Assembly (NCBI GenBank): GCA_965368975.1 | Contig: CBDUPA010000001.1 | Span: forward strand, 800,001 to 864,000 | Direction of reading: 5' to 3' | DNA length: 64,000 bases | Source of the DNA: an uncultured bacterium | Lineage (GTDB): Bacteria; Acidobacteriota; Thermoanaerobaculia; Multivoradales; JAHZIX01 | Part shown: piece after piece, positions 1-8,059 of the stretch | Numbering within the stretch: position 1 is the first letter of the stretch | Layout: each line of letters starts with the position of its first letter | The notes under the pieces: generated by a model | The model's database searches: none | What the model saw: the letters and a program-made list of their open reading frames with translations, nothing else | What the model was told of the DNA's origin: nothing | Program-made: the position numbers and the translations under genes

Positions 1-1435
1 CGGCTTCGACGCGGAAGCGTCCCTGCTGCAGGCACAGGCTAGTCGCCGTACCGGCACAGGTCTGCTGCGGTGCGTAGAGGAAGGCGACCGCCGCCCGGTC
101 GTCGGCGGTCAGCTGTGCGCCGCGGCCGTCGAGGTGGGCGAAGGCGCGCATCAGGGCCTCGTCCTTGGTCGTGGTGTTGCACGTGCCGCTGGCGGCGTCA
201 CCGCAGGCGTGGCTGAAGCCGAGGGTGTGACCGACTTCGTGGGCGAAGACTTCTGCCGCCGCACTCGACTGGTCGAGGATACAGCGGCTGTTGGTGTTGG
301 TGACGATGTCGGCACCGAGCGCGCTCAGGTAGTCGACGCCGCCGTAGCTGTGCGTTACCGGTGTCGAACGATCGAACCAGGGGCCGCCAAGGGCCACAGT
401 GCCGAAGCCGCCGCCGTTGTCGTCGCAGAAGAACGGGTTCGAGAAGCCGCTGTAGCCGTTCGGGTTTTCGAACAGGATGGCGTTGATGCCGTCGAAGCTC
501 GACAAACCACCATCGGCGCTGGTGGTGCCGGCATAGTGATACCGGACCTGGCTGTCAGGGGCGTGGTTCCAGGCGTCGAGGGCGTCCTGCAGCTCGCTGT
601 CACCGCTGCCCGGCAGGTCGGGCTGACCGTCTGCGAAGCGGAAGAAGTCAACCGTTCCGGAGACGAAGTTGGGCCAGCGCAGGTTGAAGGGCACGCCGTT
701 GACGTCGATGGTCGACAGGCGGAAGCGCTGCGTGACGGCCGGCTGGGCTGACTCCGGCGTGGCCAACCCTCGGTGTGCCTCGGCGATCGCCAGCAGGTAA
801 TCAGCGGCGGGAGCTTCGTGGGTCGGGACGGCCAGGGCCCGCTGCTCCAACCAGTTCGCGAAGCGATCGAAGTCACGGCTGCGCGGCAGCACGAGCGTCG
901 GTTGACCCGTCTGGTCGAGGAAGTGGCTGCCATCGAGGTGCCGCTGTGCCAGGCGATGGCCCTGGTGCAGTTCTTCGTAGAAGGCGCCGAGGGCCAGGTG
1001 AAGGACGCCGTAGACGTCGCCGCCGTAGAGCGTCGAGTCGACGTCCTGGCGCGTCAAGGCCAGCAACACACGCTCGCCGGCACGGAAGCGTGGCACGCCG
1101 GGCAACCACAGCTCGCGGCCTGCCGCGTCGACGCCGCCGGGCACGCGCAGGGTCAGCTCGTGGGTCAGGTCTTCCTGAGTCGAGTTCTTGAGCACTCGCT
1201 CCGGCTGCAGCCGGTAGAGGGTGAACGGCTCACCCGCCGGGTCCGCCTGCGCCTCGCCGACCACCTGGCCGACCAGCAGCAAGGGGGCCGCGTCGGCCAG
1301 AATCCGGTCAGCATGGAGAGGGTCGGCTGGCAGCACGTAGGTCGCGGCCGGTGCCGGCAGTGTCGCCGAGGCGGCCAGCAGCGCCGCGAGCAGGCAGGGT
1401 AGGAAGAGGTGGAGCCGAGAGGTGGACCAGTGCAT
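1..1435 (-). CDS. Secreted matrixin-like (metzincin) zinc metalloprotease, runs off the window start
   Basis: Not in the ORF track; translated by hand. ATG at 1435 overlaps the upstream TGA (TGATG). Signal-peptide-like N-terminus MHWSTSRLHLFLPCLLAALLAASATLPAPA; in-frame HEVGHTLGFSH (HExxHxxGxxH) at ~209-241 followed by a Met-turn ALMRA. Confidence 0.85.
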   Translation of the reverse strand, partial: MHWSTSRLHLFLPCLLAALLAASATLPAPAATYVLPADPLHADRILADAAPLLLVGQVVGEAQADPAGEPFTLYRLQPERVLKNSTQEDLTHELTLRVPGGVDAAGRELWLPGVPRFRAGERVLLALTRQDVDSTLYGGDVYGVLHLALGAFYEELHQGHRLAQRHLDGSHFLDQTGQPTLVLPRSRDFDRFANWLEQRALAVPTHEAPAADYLLAIAEAHRGLATPESAQPAVTQRFRLSTIDVNGVPFNLRWPNFVSGTVDFFRFADGQPDLPGSGDSELQDALDAWNHAPDSQVRYHYAGTTSADGGLSSFDGINAILFENPNGYSGFSNPFFCDDNGGGFGTVALGGPWFDRSTPVTHSYGGVDYLSALGADIVTNTNSRCILDQSSAAAEVFAHEVGHTLGFSHACGDAASGTCNTTTKDEALMRAFAHLDGRGAQLTADDRAAVAFLYAPQQTCAGTATSLCLQQGRFRVEA

Positions 1436-2925
1436 CAGTCGATTCTGCCATATCCTTCCGCTGCCTCCTCCGCGAGCGCGGCGAAGCCGCCGTCGCGGGG
1501 GAGTTGCCGTGGCATGACGCGCTGGCCCAACTCTTCGTCCGGTGTGTCCAGCTCCAAGTACCCGAGCGCCGCGAGCTGGCCGCGCGTCTCGTCGTCGAGT
1601 TCCGTCTTCTGCCGCTCCGCGGCGAGCACGCCCAGCCGATTGTGGTGCCGTAGCAGGGCGGCCAGCGGGTCATCGTTGCTCGGTTCTTGTGCCAGGCGCT
1701 CTTCCGGGTCGAGCTCCAGGTCGAAGCTCAGATCGTGCGGGGCTCGCCAGCGGTGGATCAGCTTGCGCGGCCACTGCGTGGACGCCAGCAAGCCGCGCTC
1801 GTCGAGGTCCATGTGGAAGTAATAGGTACCGCCCTCGGCTTCGTCGTTGGGTGGCGTGCCGGCCAGCAACTCGGTCCAGCGCGACGCGCCGTCCAGACCA
1901 TGGCGGCCGCCCAGCTCCGGCAGGGGCTCGTCGAGCTGCATCGCATCCAGAACGGTGGGCAGGAAATCGACTTGGTGGAAGCGATCGGGGCTCTGGTAGC
2001 TGGGCAGACCGTCGCGTGCCCACAGCACGAAGGGCACGCGCAGCACCTCTTCGTACAGCGTGATGCCGTGGGTCAGCATGCCGTGTTCGCCGAACTCCTC
2101 ACCGTGGTCCGCGGTCACCACCACCAGCGTGTCGTCCAACAAGCCGCGGGCGTCCAACTCGTCGAACAGGCGGCGGATCTCGACGTCCATCTCACGGATC
2201 TCACCGTCATAGGCGTTGATCAGGTACTGCAGGGTTTCGTCGTTGAGAGGGTGGTTGCGTCGTAGCAACCGCTGGGGTTGCATCCGGCGCAGCGGCTTGA
2301 CGTCCTCTTCGGCTCCCCAAGGACGGCGCGGCCGGTAGGGGTCGTGGGGGTCGGTGTAGTGGACGTAGAGGAACACGGGGCCATCGCCTTCCGCCTCGCG
2401 TGCCGCATCGAGCTGCCCGAGCGCGCGGTCGGTCACCCGCGCGGCGGGCTTCTTGCCGCCGCTGGTCTGGTCGAAGGCGTCGTAGCCACGATGGAAACCA
2501 AAGGGGCGACTGGCGTTGCGGTTGGAGATGAACGCGGCGGTGACGAAGCCTTGGTTGTCCAGTAACTGGGGCAGGAAATCGAGCCCTTCTGGAAGCTTGT
2601 CGCTGCGGCTGATCGCCTGGTGTCGCTGCGGGTGGAGGCCGGTCATCAACGTCGCGATCGACGGCTTGGTCCAGGACGACGCCGAGTAGCCCTGGACTTG
2701 GATTCCCTCGGCCGCCAGCTCGGCCAGGAAGGGGGCGGTATCGCGCTCATAGCCGTAGCTCGGCAGGTGATCGCTACGCAGGGTGTCGATCATGATGATG
2801 ACCAGGTTGCGGTAGCTTGGGCCTTGCGGTGCGCGCGCGCAGGAGAGGTTCAGGCTCGCGATCAGCAGGAGCGTAGAGGGTAGAACGAGAGTCGCGTACC
2901 GCGGAAGCCAAGATTGCCGAGTCAT
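1435..2925 (-). CDS. Sulfatase-like (alkaline phosphatase superfamily) hydrolase, probable lipoprotein
   Basis: IDTLRSDHL, HYTDPHDPY, TADHGEEFGEHG motifs; LNLSC lipobox-like signal; the canonical CxPxR is replaced by WTKPSI. Confidence 0.85.
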   Translation of the reverse strand: MTRQSWLPRYATLVLPSTLLLIASLNLSCARAPQGPSYRNLVIIMIDTLRSDHLPSYGYERDTAPFLAELAAEGIQVQGYSASSWTKPSIATLMTGLHPQRHQAISRSDKLPEGLDFLPQLLDNQGFVTAAFISNRNASRPFGFHRGYDAFDQTSGGKKPAARVTDRALGQLDAAREAEGDGPVFLYVHYTDPHDPYRPRRPWGAEEDVKPLRRMQPQRLLRRNHPLNDETLQYLINAYDGEIREMDVEIRRLFDELDARGLLDDTLVVVTADHGEEFGEHGMLTHGITLYEEVLRVPFVLWARDGLPSYQSPDRFHQVDFLPTVLDAMQLDEPLPELGGRHGLDGASRWTELLAGTPPNDEAEGGTYYFHMDLDERGLLASTQWPRKLIHRWRAPHDLSFDLELDPEERLAQEPSNDDPLAALLRHHNRLGVLAAERQKTELDDETRGQLAALGYLELDTPDEELGQRVMPRQLPRDGGFAALAEEAAEGYGRID

Positions 2926-4346
2926 GAAGTCTCCTCGTCGAGAAGCCGCCAGCCGCTGGCGACACAGTCGGGGATGCCGACGCCACGGCGCCAGTTGCCG
3001 AGCACTGTCAGGCCGGGGTGCTCGGCTTCGAGTCCGCCGGCCACGGCGTCGAGCTGTGCCCAGGCCGCGGTCGGTTGCGGGATCCCGGGCTGCCAGCGCC
3101 GGATTACCGAGATCGCCGGAGTTCCCCGTGCACCGAGCAGGTCGGCCAGTTCGCGCGTCACCATTTCGAGCAGGGCGTCGTCATCGAGCTGCAGTAGCTC
3201 TGGACGCCGACGGCCACCGACCATGGCGGTGAGCAAGACGTGCCCTTCGGGAGCGCGGCCTTCGAAGATGCTGGAGGGAAACAGCACACCGAGCAGGTCG
3301 CGATCCTGGCGGTGCGGGATCAGGCAGCCGAAGCCGTCGAGTGGGTGGGCGACCTGCTCGCGACGGTAGCCGAGAGCCACCACGGCGACGGCGGAACAGG
3401 GAAGTGGTGCCGGCACGGTATCCGCTCCAGCGAGCCCTTGCAGCAGCTGCCAGCTGGCCGCTTGCGGCAAGGCTAGTACCAGCCGCTCAGCGCGGTGCTC
3501 GAACGGCTCGCCGACGGCGTCGTGACCGTGCACCAGGAAGCCGCGCTCCGTGGCTCCTGCCTCGGTGGACCTGGGCAAGGGCTGCAGTCGCTCGACTCTC
3601 CGGCCGTAGTGGATGTCTAGCCGTGATGCGCCAGCCCCGTGCGTGAGGGGTTCAGCGAGCTGGCGCGCCAGCGTTTCGAGCCCGTCACGGTGGCTGACCA
3701 GGCGTCGCGGTGCCGCCTGCTCTTCCGGTCGTGAGGCTGCCTGCTTGCGCCGGGCCAGCACGCCGCGCAGCAGGCTACCGTGTTCGGTTTCGAGGGCGTA
3801 CAGGCGACGAAACGCGTAGCCGACGGCGAGTTCGTCCGGATCCCCGGCGTAGATACCGAGCACCATGGCATCGCCCAGTCGCTGCAGCGTCTGACGTCCG
3901 AGCCGGCGCTCGAAGAACGACGCTACCGACTCCGCGGGACCCAGCCCGCCGCGCCGCCGTAGCGGTTCTGTGAACAGCCGCAGCTTGGCGCCCAGGGACA
4001 GCACCGGCGTTGTCAGGATCCCCGGCGGCTTCGACGGCAGTGCGACCAGCTTGCCGCCGTGCACCAGGTACCGTCGCGCCGCCGCCGTCTCGGCTCCGAT
4101 CAGCTGATCCTGGCAGCCGACGTAGGCGCACAGCTCGTCCAGCTCCGGCGATGCCTGCACCGTGTTGGGACCCAACTCAACGATGAAGCCGTCCTGCCGG
4201 TGCGTGCACAGCGTACCGCCCGGTCGGTCCTGAGCCTCCAGCACCGTCACCGTCATTCCGCCACGCTGGAGCGCATGTGCCGCCGCCAGGCCGCTGATAC
4301 CAGCACCCACCACGAGGGCGTGGTGCTGCGTGCTTCGAGCCGTCAT
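2922..4346 (-). CDS. hemG: Protoporphyrinogen/coproporphyrinogen oxidase (HemY-type)
   Basis: GAGISGLAAA FAD-binding motif, ELGPNT, GIYAGDP, GFGCLIP, GVGIPDCV; adjacent to hemE. Confidence 0.93.
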   Translation of the reverse strand: MTARSTQHHALVVGAGISGLAAAHALQRGGMTVTVLEAQDRPGGTLCTHRQDGFIVELGPNTVQASPELDELCAYVGCQDQLIGAETAAARRYLVHGGKLVALPSKPPGILTTPVLSLGAKLRLFTEPLRRRGGLGPAESVASFFERRLGRQTLQRLGDAMVLGIYAGDPDELAVGYAFRRLYALETEHGSLLRGVLARRKQAASRPEEQAAPRRLVSHRDGLETLARQLAEPLTHGAGASRLDIHYGRRVERLQPLPRSTEAGATERGFLVHGHDAVGEPFEHRAERLVLALPQAASWQLLQGLAGADTVPAPLPCSAVAVVALGYRREQVAHPLDGFGCLIPHRQDRDLLGVLFPSSIFEGRAPEGHVLLTAMVGGRRRPELLQLDDDALLEMVTRELADLLGARGTPAISVIRRWQPGIPQPTAAWAQLDAVAGGLEAEHPGLTVLGNWRRGVGIPDCVASGWRLLDEETS

Positions 4347-4355
4347 CGATCGAGC

Positions 4356-5408
4356 CTAAAGAGGGTCGAGGTCGGCGAGCTGGGTGCTCTGCACCGTGCG
4401 GATGAAGGCGCCGGCGTGGTCGAGCGGCGTTTCTTTGAAAATGCCGTGGCCGAGGTTGGCGATGTGTCCACCGCCGAGCCCGCGTCGCAGCATCTCGCGT
4501 GTGCGCGTCTCGATCTCGTCGACCGGGCCGAGCAGGGCACCAGGATCGAGGTTACCCTGTAGCACCTTCGATGGCCCGATGGCGGCGCGCACGACGTCGA
4601 GCGGTTGACGCCAGTCGACCGACAGCACGTTCACCGGCAGCGTCGCCAGTTCGGACTGCAGGTGAGCGCCCTCGCGCAGGTAGAAGATCGTTGGAACGCG
4701 CTCACCCAGGCGCTGCAAGATCCTCTCGACCGACGGCCGCGCGATGCGGCGCCAGCGCTCGGCATCGAGCAGACCGCCCCACGTGTCGAAGAGCTGGATC
4801 GCCTCGGCACCGGCGTCGACCTGCGCTTCCAGGTAATCGCAGGTGACTTCGGCGATACGGTCGAGCAGCAGGGTCAAGCCGGACGGGTCGGCGTAGCTCC
4901 AGGCCAACAGGTGGTGGAACTGCTTGGACACGCCACCTTCAACCAGGTAGGCCGCCAGTGTCCACGGCGTGCCGGCGAAGCCGAGCAGCGCGGTTGCGGG
5001 ATCGAGTTCCCGGCGCACCCGCCGTAGCGCCTCGAAGACATAGCCCAGCGTCGCCTCGACGTCCGGCCGTTTGAGGCGCCCCAGGTCCGCTACGCTACGT
5101 ACGGGTCGCGGGAACTGCGGCCCGTCACCCTTGACGAAGCGCAGCTCGGCACCCATGGCTTCGAGCGGCAGCAGGATGTCGGCGAACAGAATCGCCGCGT
5201 CCATGCCGTAGCGGCGAATCGGCTGCAGCGTCACCTCGGTCGCCAGCTCCGGTGTCTTGCACAGCGTCAGGAAGTCGTTGTCGGCGCGCAGCTCGCGGTA
5301 TTCAGGAAGGTAGCGTCCCGCCTGGCGCATCATCCACACCGGCCGGCGATCGGTCGGTTCGTTGCGCGCGGCACGCAGGAAGAGATTGTCGGTAGTTGCG
5401 TTGCTCAT
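4356..5408 (-). CDS. hemE: Uroporphyrinogen decarboxylase
   Basis: PVWMMRQAGRYLPEY, DAAILFADIL, QGNLDP, NLGHGI signature motifs. Confidence 0.97.
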   Translation of the reverse strand: MSNATTDNLFLRAARNEPTDRRPVWMMRQAGRYLPEYRELRADNDFLTLCKTPELATEVTLQPIRRYGMDAAILFADILLPLEAMGAELRFVKGDGPQFPRPVRSVADLGRLKRPDVEATLGYVFEALRRVRRELDPATALLGFAGTPWTLAAYLVEGGVSKQFHHLLAWSYADPSGLTLLLDRIAEVTCDYLEAQVDAGAEAIQLFDTWGGLLDAERWRRIARPSVERILQRLGERVPTIFYLREGAHLQSELATLPVNVLSVDWRQPLDVVRAAIGPSKVLQGNLDPGALLGPVDEIETRTREMLRRGLGGGHIANLGHGIFKETPLDHAGAFIRTVQSTQLADLDPL

Positions 5409-5474
5409 CAGGCTTCCAGGATATCAGGTAGGCCGTCCAGATCGTGGTGTTTCCGACGCACGCGCGCACCGATC

Positions 5475-6236
5475 TCAGGTGCGCAGATACGAAGCACCGT
5501 TGGCGTCCAGGATGCAGCCGGTCAATGCATCGTGTCCCTCGGCCGCCAAAAAGGCAATCGCCGCCGCAATCTCCTCCGGTGTCGCCGCGCGCCCCAGCGG
5601 GCTCTGATTGCGCACCTCGTCGCCGCCTGGGCCATCGAGAAACGGCTTCGCCATGTCGGTCTCCACCCACCCAGGCGCTACCGAGCACACGCGGACTCCA
5701 TGTGGCGCCAGCGCCTTCGCCATCGACTGACCAAACGCATTCAACGCCGCCTTCGACGCCCCGTACGCCGGCGCCGTCGGTTCGCCGCGGAACGCCCCAC
5801 GTGACGTCACGTGCACGATCCGGCCACCCTTGCCGCGCTCGATCATGCGCCGGCTGACCAGATACGAGAGGTGGACCGGACCCAGCAAGTTCGCGTCGAG
5901 GGTGCGCCGCCATGCTGCTTGCCAATCCTCGAAGTCGGTCGACGCCGGCGAGTGTTCCTCGTAGATCCCCGCGTTGTTCACCAGCACATCGATCTCCCCG
6001 AGCCGTCGCGGCACCGCTTCAGCCAGCCGCGCGACATCGTCGAGTTTCGACAGATCCGCCTGGAATATCCCGTGCACCGCCTCTGGCAAATCGTTCAGGG
6101 TCGCCTCCGCCGCTGCCCGGTTGCAGTTGTAGTGCACGGCCACCCGCGCCCCCAAGCCGGCAAACTTGCGCGCCGCCGCCCGGCCAATGCCGCGCGATGC
6201 GCCGGTGACCAGGACGGTCTGATCGGTGAAGTTCAT
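5475..6236 (-). CDS. SDR family NAD(P)-dependent oxidoreductase
   Basis: TGASRGIG, NNAG, YGASK catalytic motif; start moved to MNFTDQ at 6236 behind an AGGAG RBS. Confidence 0.92.
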   Translation of the reverse strand: MNFTDQTVLVTGASRGIGRAAARKFAGLGARVAVHYNCNRAAAEATLNDLPEAVHGIFQADLSKLDDVARLAEAVPRRLGEIDVLVNNAGIYEEHSPASTDFEDWQAAWRRTLDANLLGPVHLSYLVSRRMIERGKGGRIVHVTSRGAFRGEPTAPAYGASKAALNAFGQSMAKALAPHGVRVCSVAPGWVETDMAKPFLDGPGGDEVRNQSPLGRAATPEEIAAAIAFLAAEGHDALTGCILDANGASYLRT

Positions 6237-6392
6237 GGGTCGTCTCCTCTGGCGGGGTGTGGTGGTGAAGGTCGGTGTTCTGCGAGGGCCCTCTGGATGA
6301 TAACTTGCGTGACTCACGCCCGAGGAGATTGCATTCACATCGAACACTTGGCGGTGGCGAATCAAGGTAGCTGCGGCTCCGCGATCAGGGCC

Positions 6393-6429
6393 TGATGCCT
6401 TGACATCAAGTTCTGAGCCATCCTAAGCT
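6393..6429 (+). promoter_or_regulatory. Sigma70-type promoter with overlapping operator palindrome for the vapBC operon
   Basis: TTGACA (6400-6405), 18 nt spacer, TAAGCT (6424-6429); ATG follows at 6436, suggesting a leaderless mRNA. Inverted repeat TGATG-N6-CATCA (6393-6408) overlaps the -35. Confidence 0.65.
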
Positions 6430-6435
6430 TCATGT

Positions 6436-6705
6436 ATGAGGACGACACTGACGCTCGATGATGATCTCGCGGGGCTCTTGAAGGACCGTGCTCAGCGCCA
6501 GGGAGTTGCTTTCAAGACGATCGTGAACGACCTCCTTCGTACCGCGTTGGGCATCGAAGCCACGCCGGCAACGAAGGCTCCCAGGGTGATCCCGCACTCG
6601 TTCGGTTTCAGAGCCGGCATTGACCTCGACAAGCTCAATCAGCTTGTGGATGAACTCGAGGCAGAGGAGTTTGCGAAGTCCTGGCAGAAGCAGGTCGAAC
6701 CGTGA
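6436..6705 (+). CDS. vapB: Type II toxin-antitoxin antitoxin (VapB, ribbon-helix-helix type)
   Basis: MRTTLTLDDDL N-terminus typical of actinobacterial-type VapB; overlaps the downstream PIN gene (GTGA). Confidence 0.85.
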   Translation: MRTTLTLDDDLAGLLKDRAQRQGVAFKTIVNDLLRTALGIEATPATKAPRVIPHSFGFRAGIDLDKLNQLVDELEAEEFAKSWQKQVEP

Positions 6706-7133
6706 TTCTGCCGGACGTGAACATCTTGATCCACGCGCACAACGAGGATTCTCCGTCACATGTGCGAGCGAGAGCTTGGTGGGAAGGATGTCTGCAGAAT
6801 ACCGTGGGAGTTGGTCTGGCCTGGGTTGTGGTTCTGGGCTTCGTCCGCATCACGACGCATCGTCGAATCCTGGCTCAGCCACTGGATGTCGATTCGGTAC
6901 TCGATAGGCTAGAAACTTGGTTGGACTTGCCCCACGTCCATATCCCCCAGCCTTCCGATCAACATTTTTCGCGACTGAGGACGAACATTAGCAGACTTGG
7001 TACAGCAGGGAACCTTACTACAGACGCCCACTTAGCTGTCTTGGCGATGGAGCGCGGCTACGTCCTGTACACCACGGATACTGATTTCTTGAGATTCCCA
7101 GGTCTGCGTTGGGTCAATCCGCTCAAGGAGTAG
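6702..7133 (+). CDS. vapC: Type II toxin-antitoxin toxin, PIN-domain ribonuclease (VapC)
   Basis: MILPDVNILIHA, GNLTTDAHLA, TTDTDF-RFPGLRWVNPL PIN motifs. Confidence 0.93.
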   Translation: MILPDVNILIHAHNEDSPSHVRARAWWEGCLQNTVGVGLAWVVVLGFVRITTHRRILAQPLDVDSVLDRLETWLDLPHVHIPQPSDQHFSRLRTNISRLGTAGNLTTDAHLAVLAMERGYVLYTTDTDFLRFPGLRWVNPLKE

Positions 7134-7171
7134 TGCAGTTGGCGGCTTTGGATGTGCCGCCGCGCCTAGAG

Positions 7172-7936
7172 CTACAGCGCCACCGCCACCAACACCACCA
7201 ACGGCGCCAACAACAACAGCCCCAAGATCACCCAAGCCGCCGGCCGCGCGAAGTTGAACGTGTAGCCGAGGCCGGTCAGCTTCTCGACCCACAGGCGTGA
7301 GTCATCCGGGTTGTAGTAGAACAACCCGCCCTTCCAATGCTTTGACGCGCCCGGCTCCAGGTACTTCTGTTCCGCCTTGGACGGCTGCAACAACGATCGT
7401 CCTGCGGGTGTAATCAGGAGCAACGGCACGATCAGCATGTCGAGAAATGCCATTGCCAGCACGGTGACCAGCAGCGTCCGTTGCGATGTCGCGTCTTCCA
7501 GCAGGGGCCCCAGGCTGACCAGGGCGAAGATCACCGCCATCTGCAGCGACACGGCGAGCAGAATCCAGAGGACCGAGCGGTGTCGCTTGGAGGCGTGGTC
7601 GTAGGCTTCGCTGCCGGCGGGGAAGCGGCGAGCGATCGAGCGGCTGCCGGTGCGGGCGAGAGCGGCCGAGATGCCGGTCATCATCAGGCACAGGGCGGCG
7701 CCGAAGAGCAGGATACCGAAGACGGTCCAGGTGCTCTTGTCAGCCCAGCCGTCCGGCTGGAATTGACCATCGTAGTGAGTGGCGAAGCGTTCCGGGATCT
7801 GCTCCCAGTTCAGTTGCAGCCACAGCGCGGCGAGAGCGAGCACGAGGTAGGGCAGGCTCTGGCCAGCGGGACCCCCGGGTAGGGTGATGGGCTGTGTCGC
7901 TGAGCGGGAAGGTTGCGCGGCGAAGAGGATGGGCAT
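7172..7936 (-). CDS. Membrane protein, DUF1648 plus DUF5808 type
   Basis: IPERFATHY..G.PDGW (DUF1648-like) and WKGGLFYYNPDD.RLWVEK..GLGYTFNFA (DUF5808-like); about 5 hydrophobic segments. Confidence 0.75.
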   Translation of the reverse strand: MPILFAAQPSRSATQPITLPGGPAGQSLPYLVLALAALWLQLNWEQIPERFATHYDGQFQPDGWADKSTWTVFGILLFGAALCLMMTGISAALARTGSRSIARRFPAGSEAYDHASKRHRSVLWILLAVSLQMAVIFALVSLGPLLEDATSQRTLLVTVLAMAFLDMLIVPLLLITPAGRSLLQPSKAEQKYLEPGASKHWKGGLFYYNPDDSRLWVEKLTGLGYTFNFARPAAWVILGLLLLAPLVVLVAVAL

Positions 7937-8014
7937 CCTCAGAGTTTACACTTGACGCTTGCCGAAACGAAGAATGCCCGCGGCAGGTGGTCTGCCGCGG
8001 GCTCCTTGGGTCTC

Positions 8015-8045
8015 ACCCGGGACGCTCAGCCGAGCGCCCGGGTGC
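8015..8045. terminator. GC-rich hairpin just downstream of the protease gene
   Basis: CACCCGGG-A-CGCTC-AGCC-GAGCG-CCCGGGTG inverted repeat ~15 nt after the stop codon; no clear U tract. Confidence 0.45.
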
Positions 8046-8059
8046 GTCTACGGTGCTGC

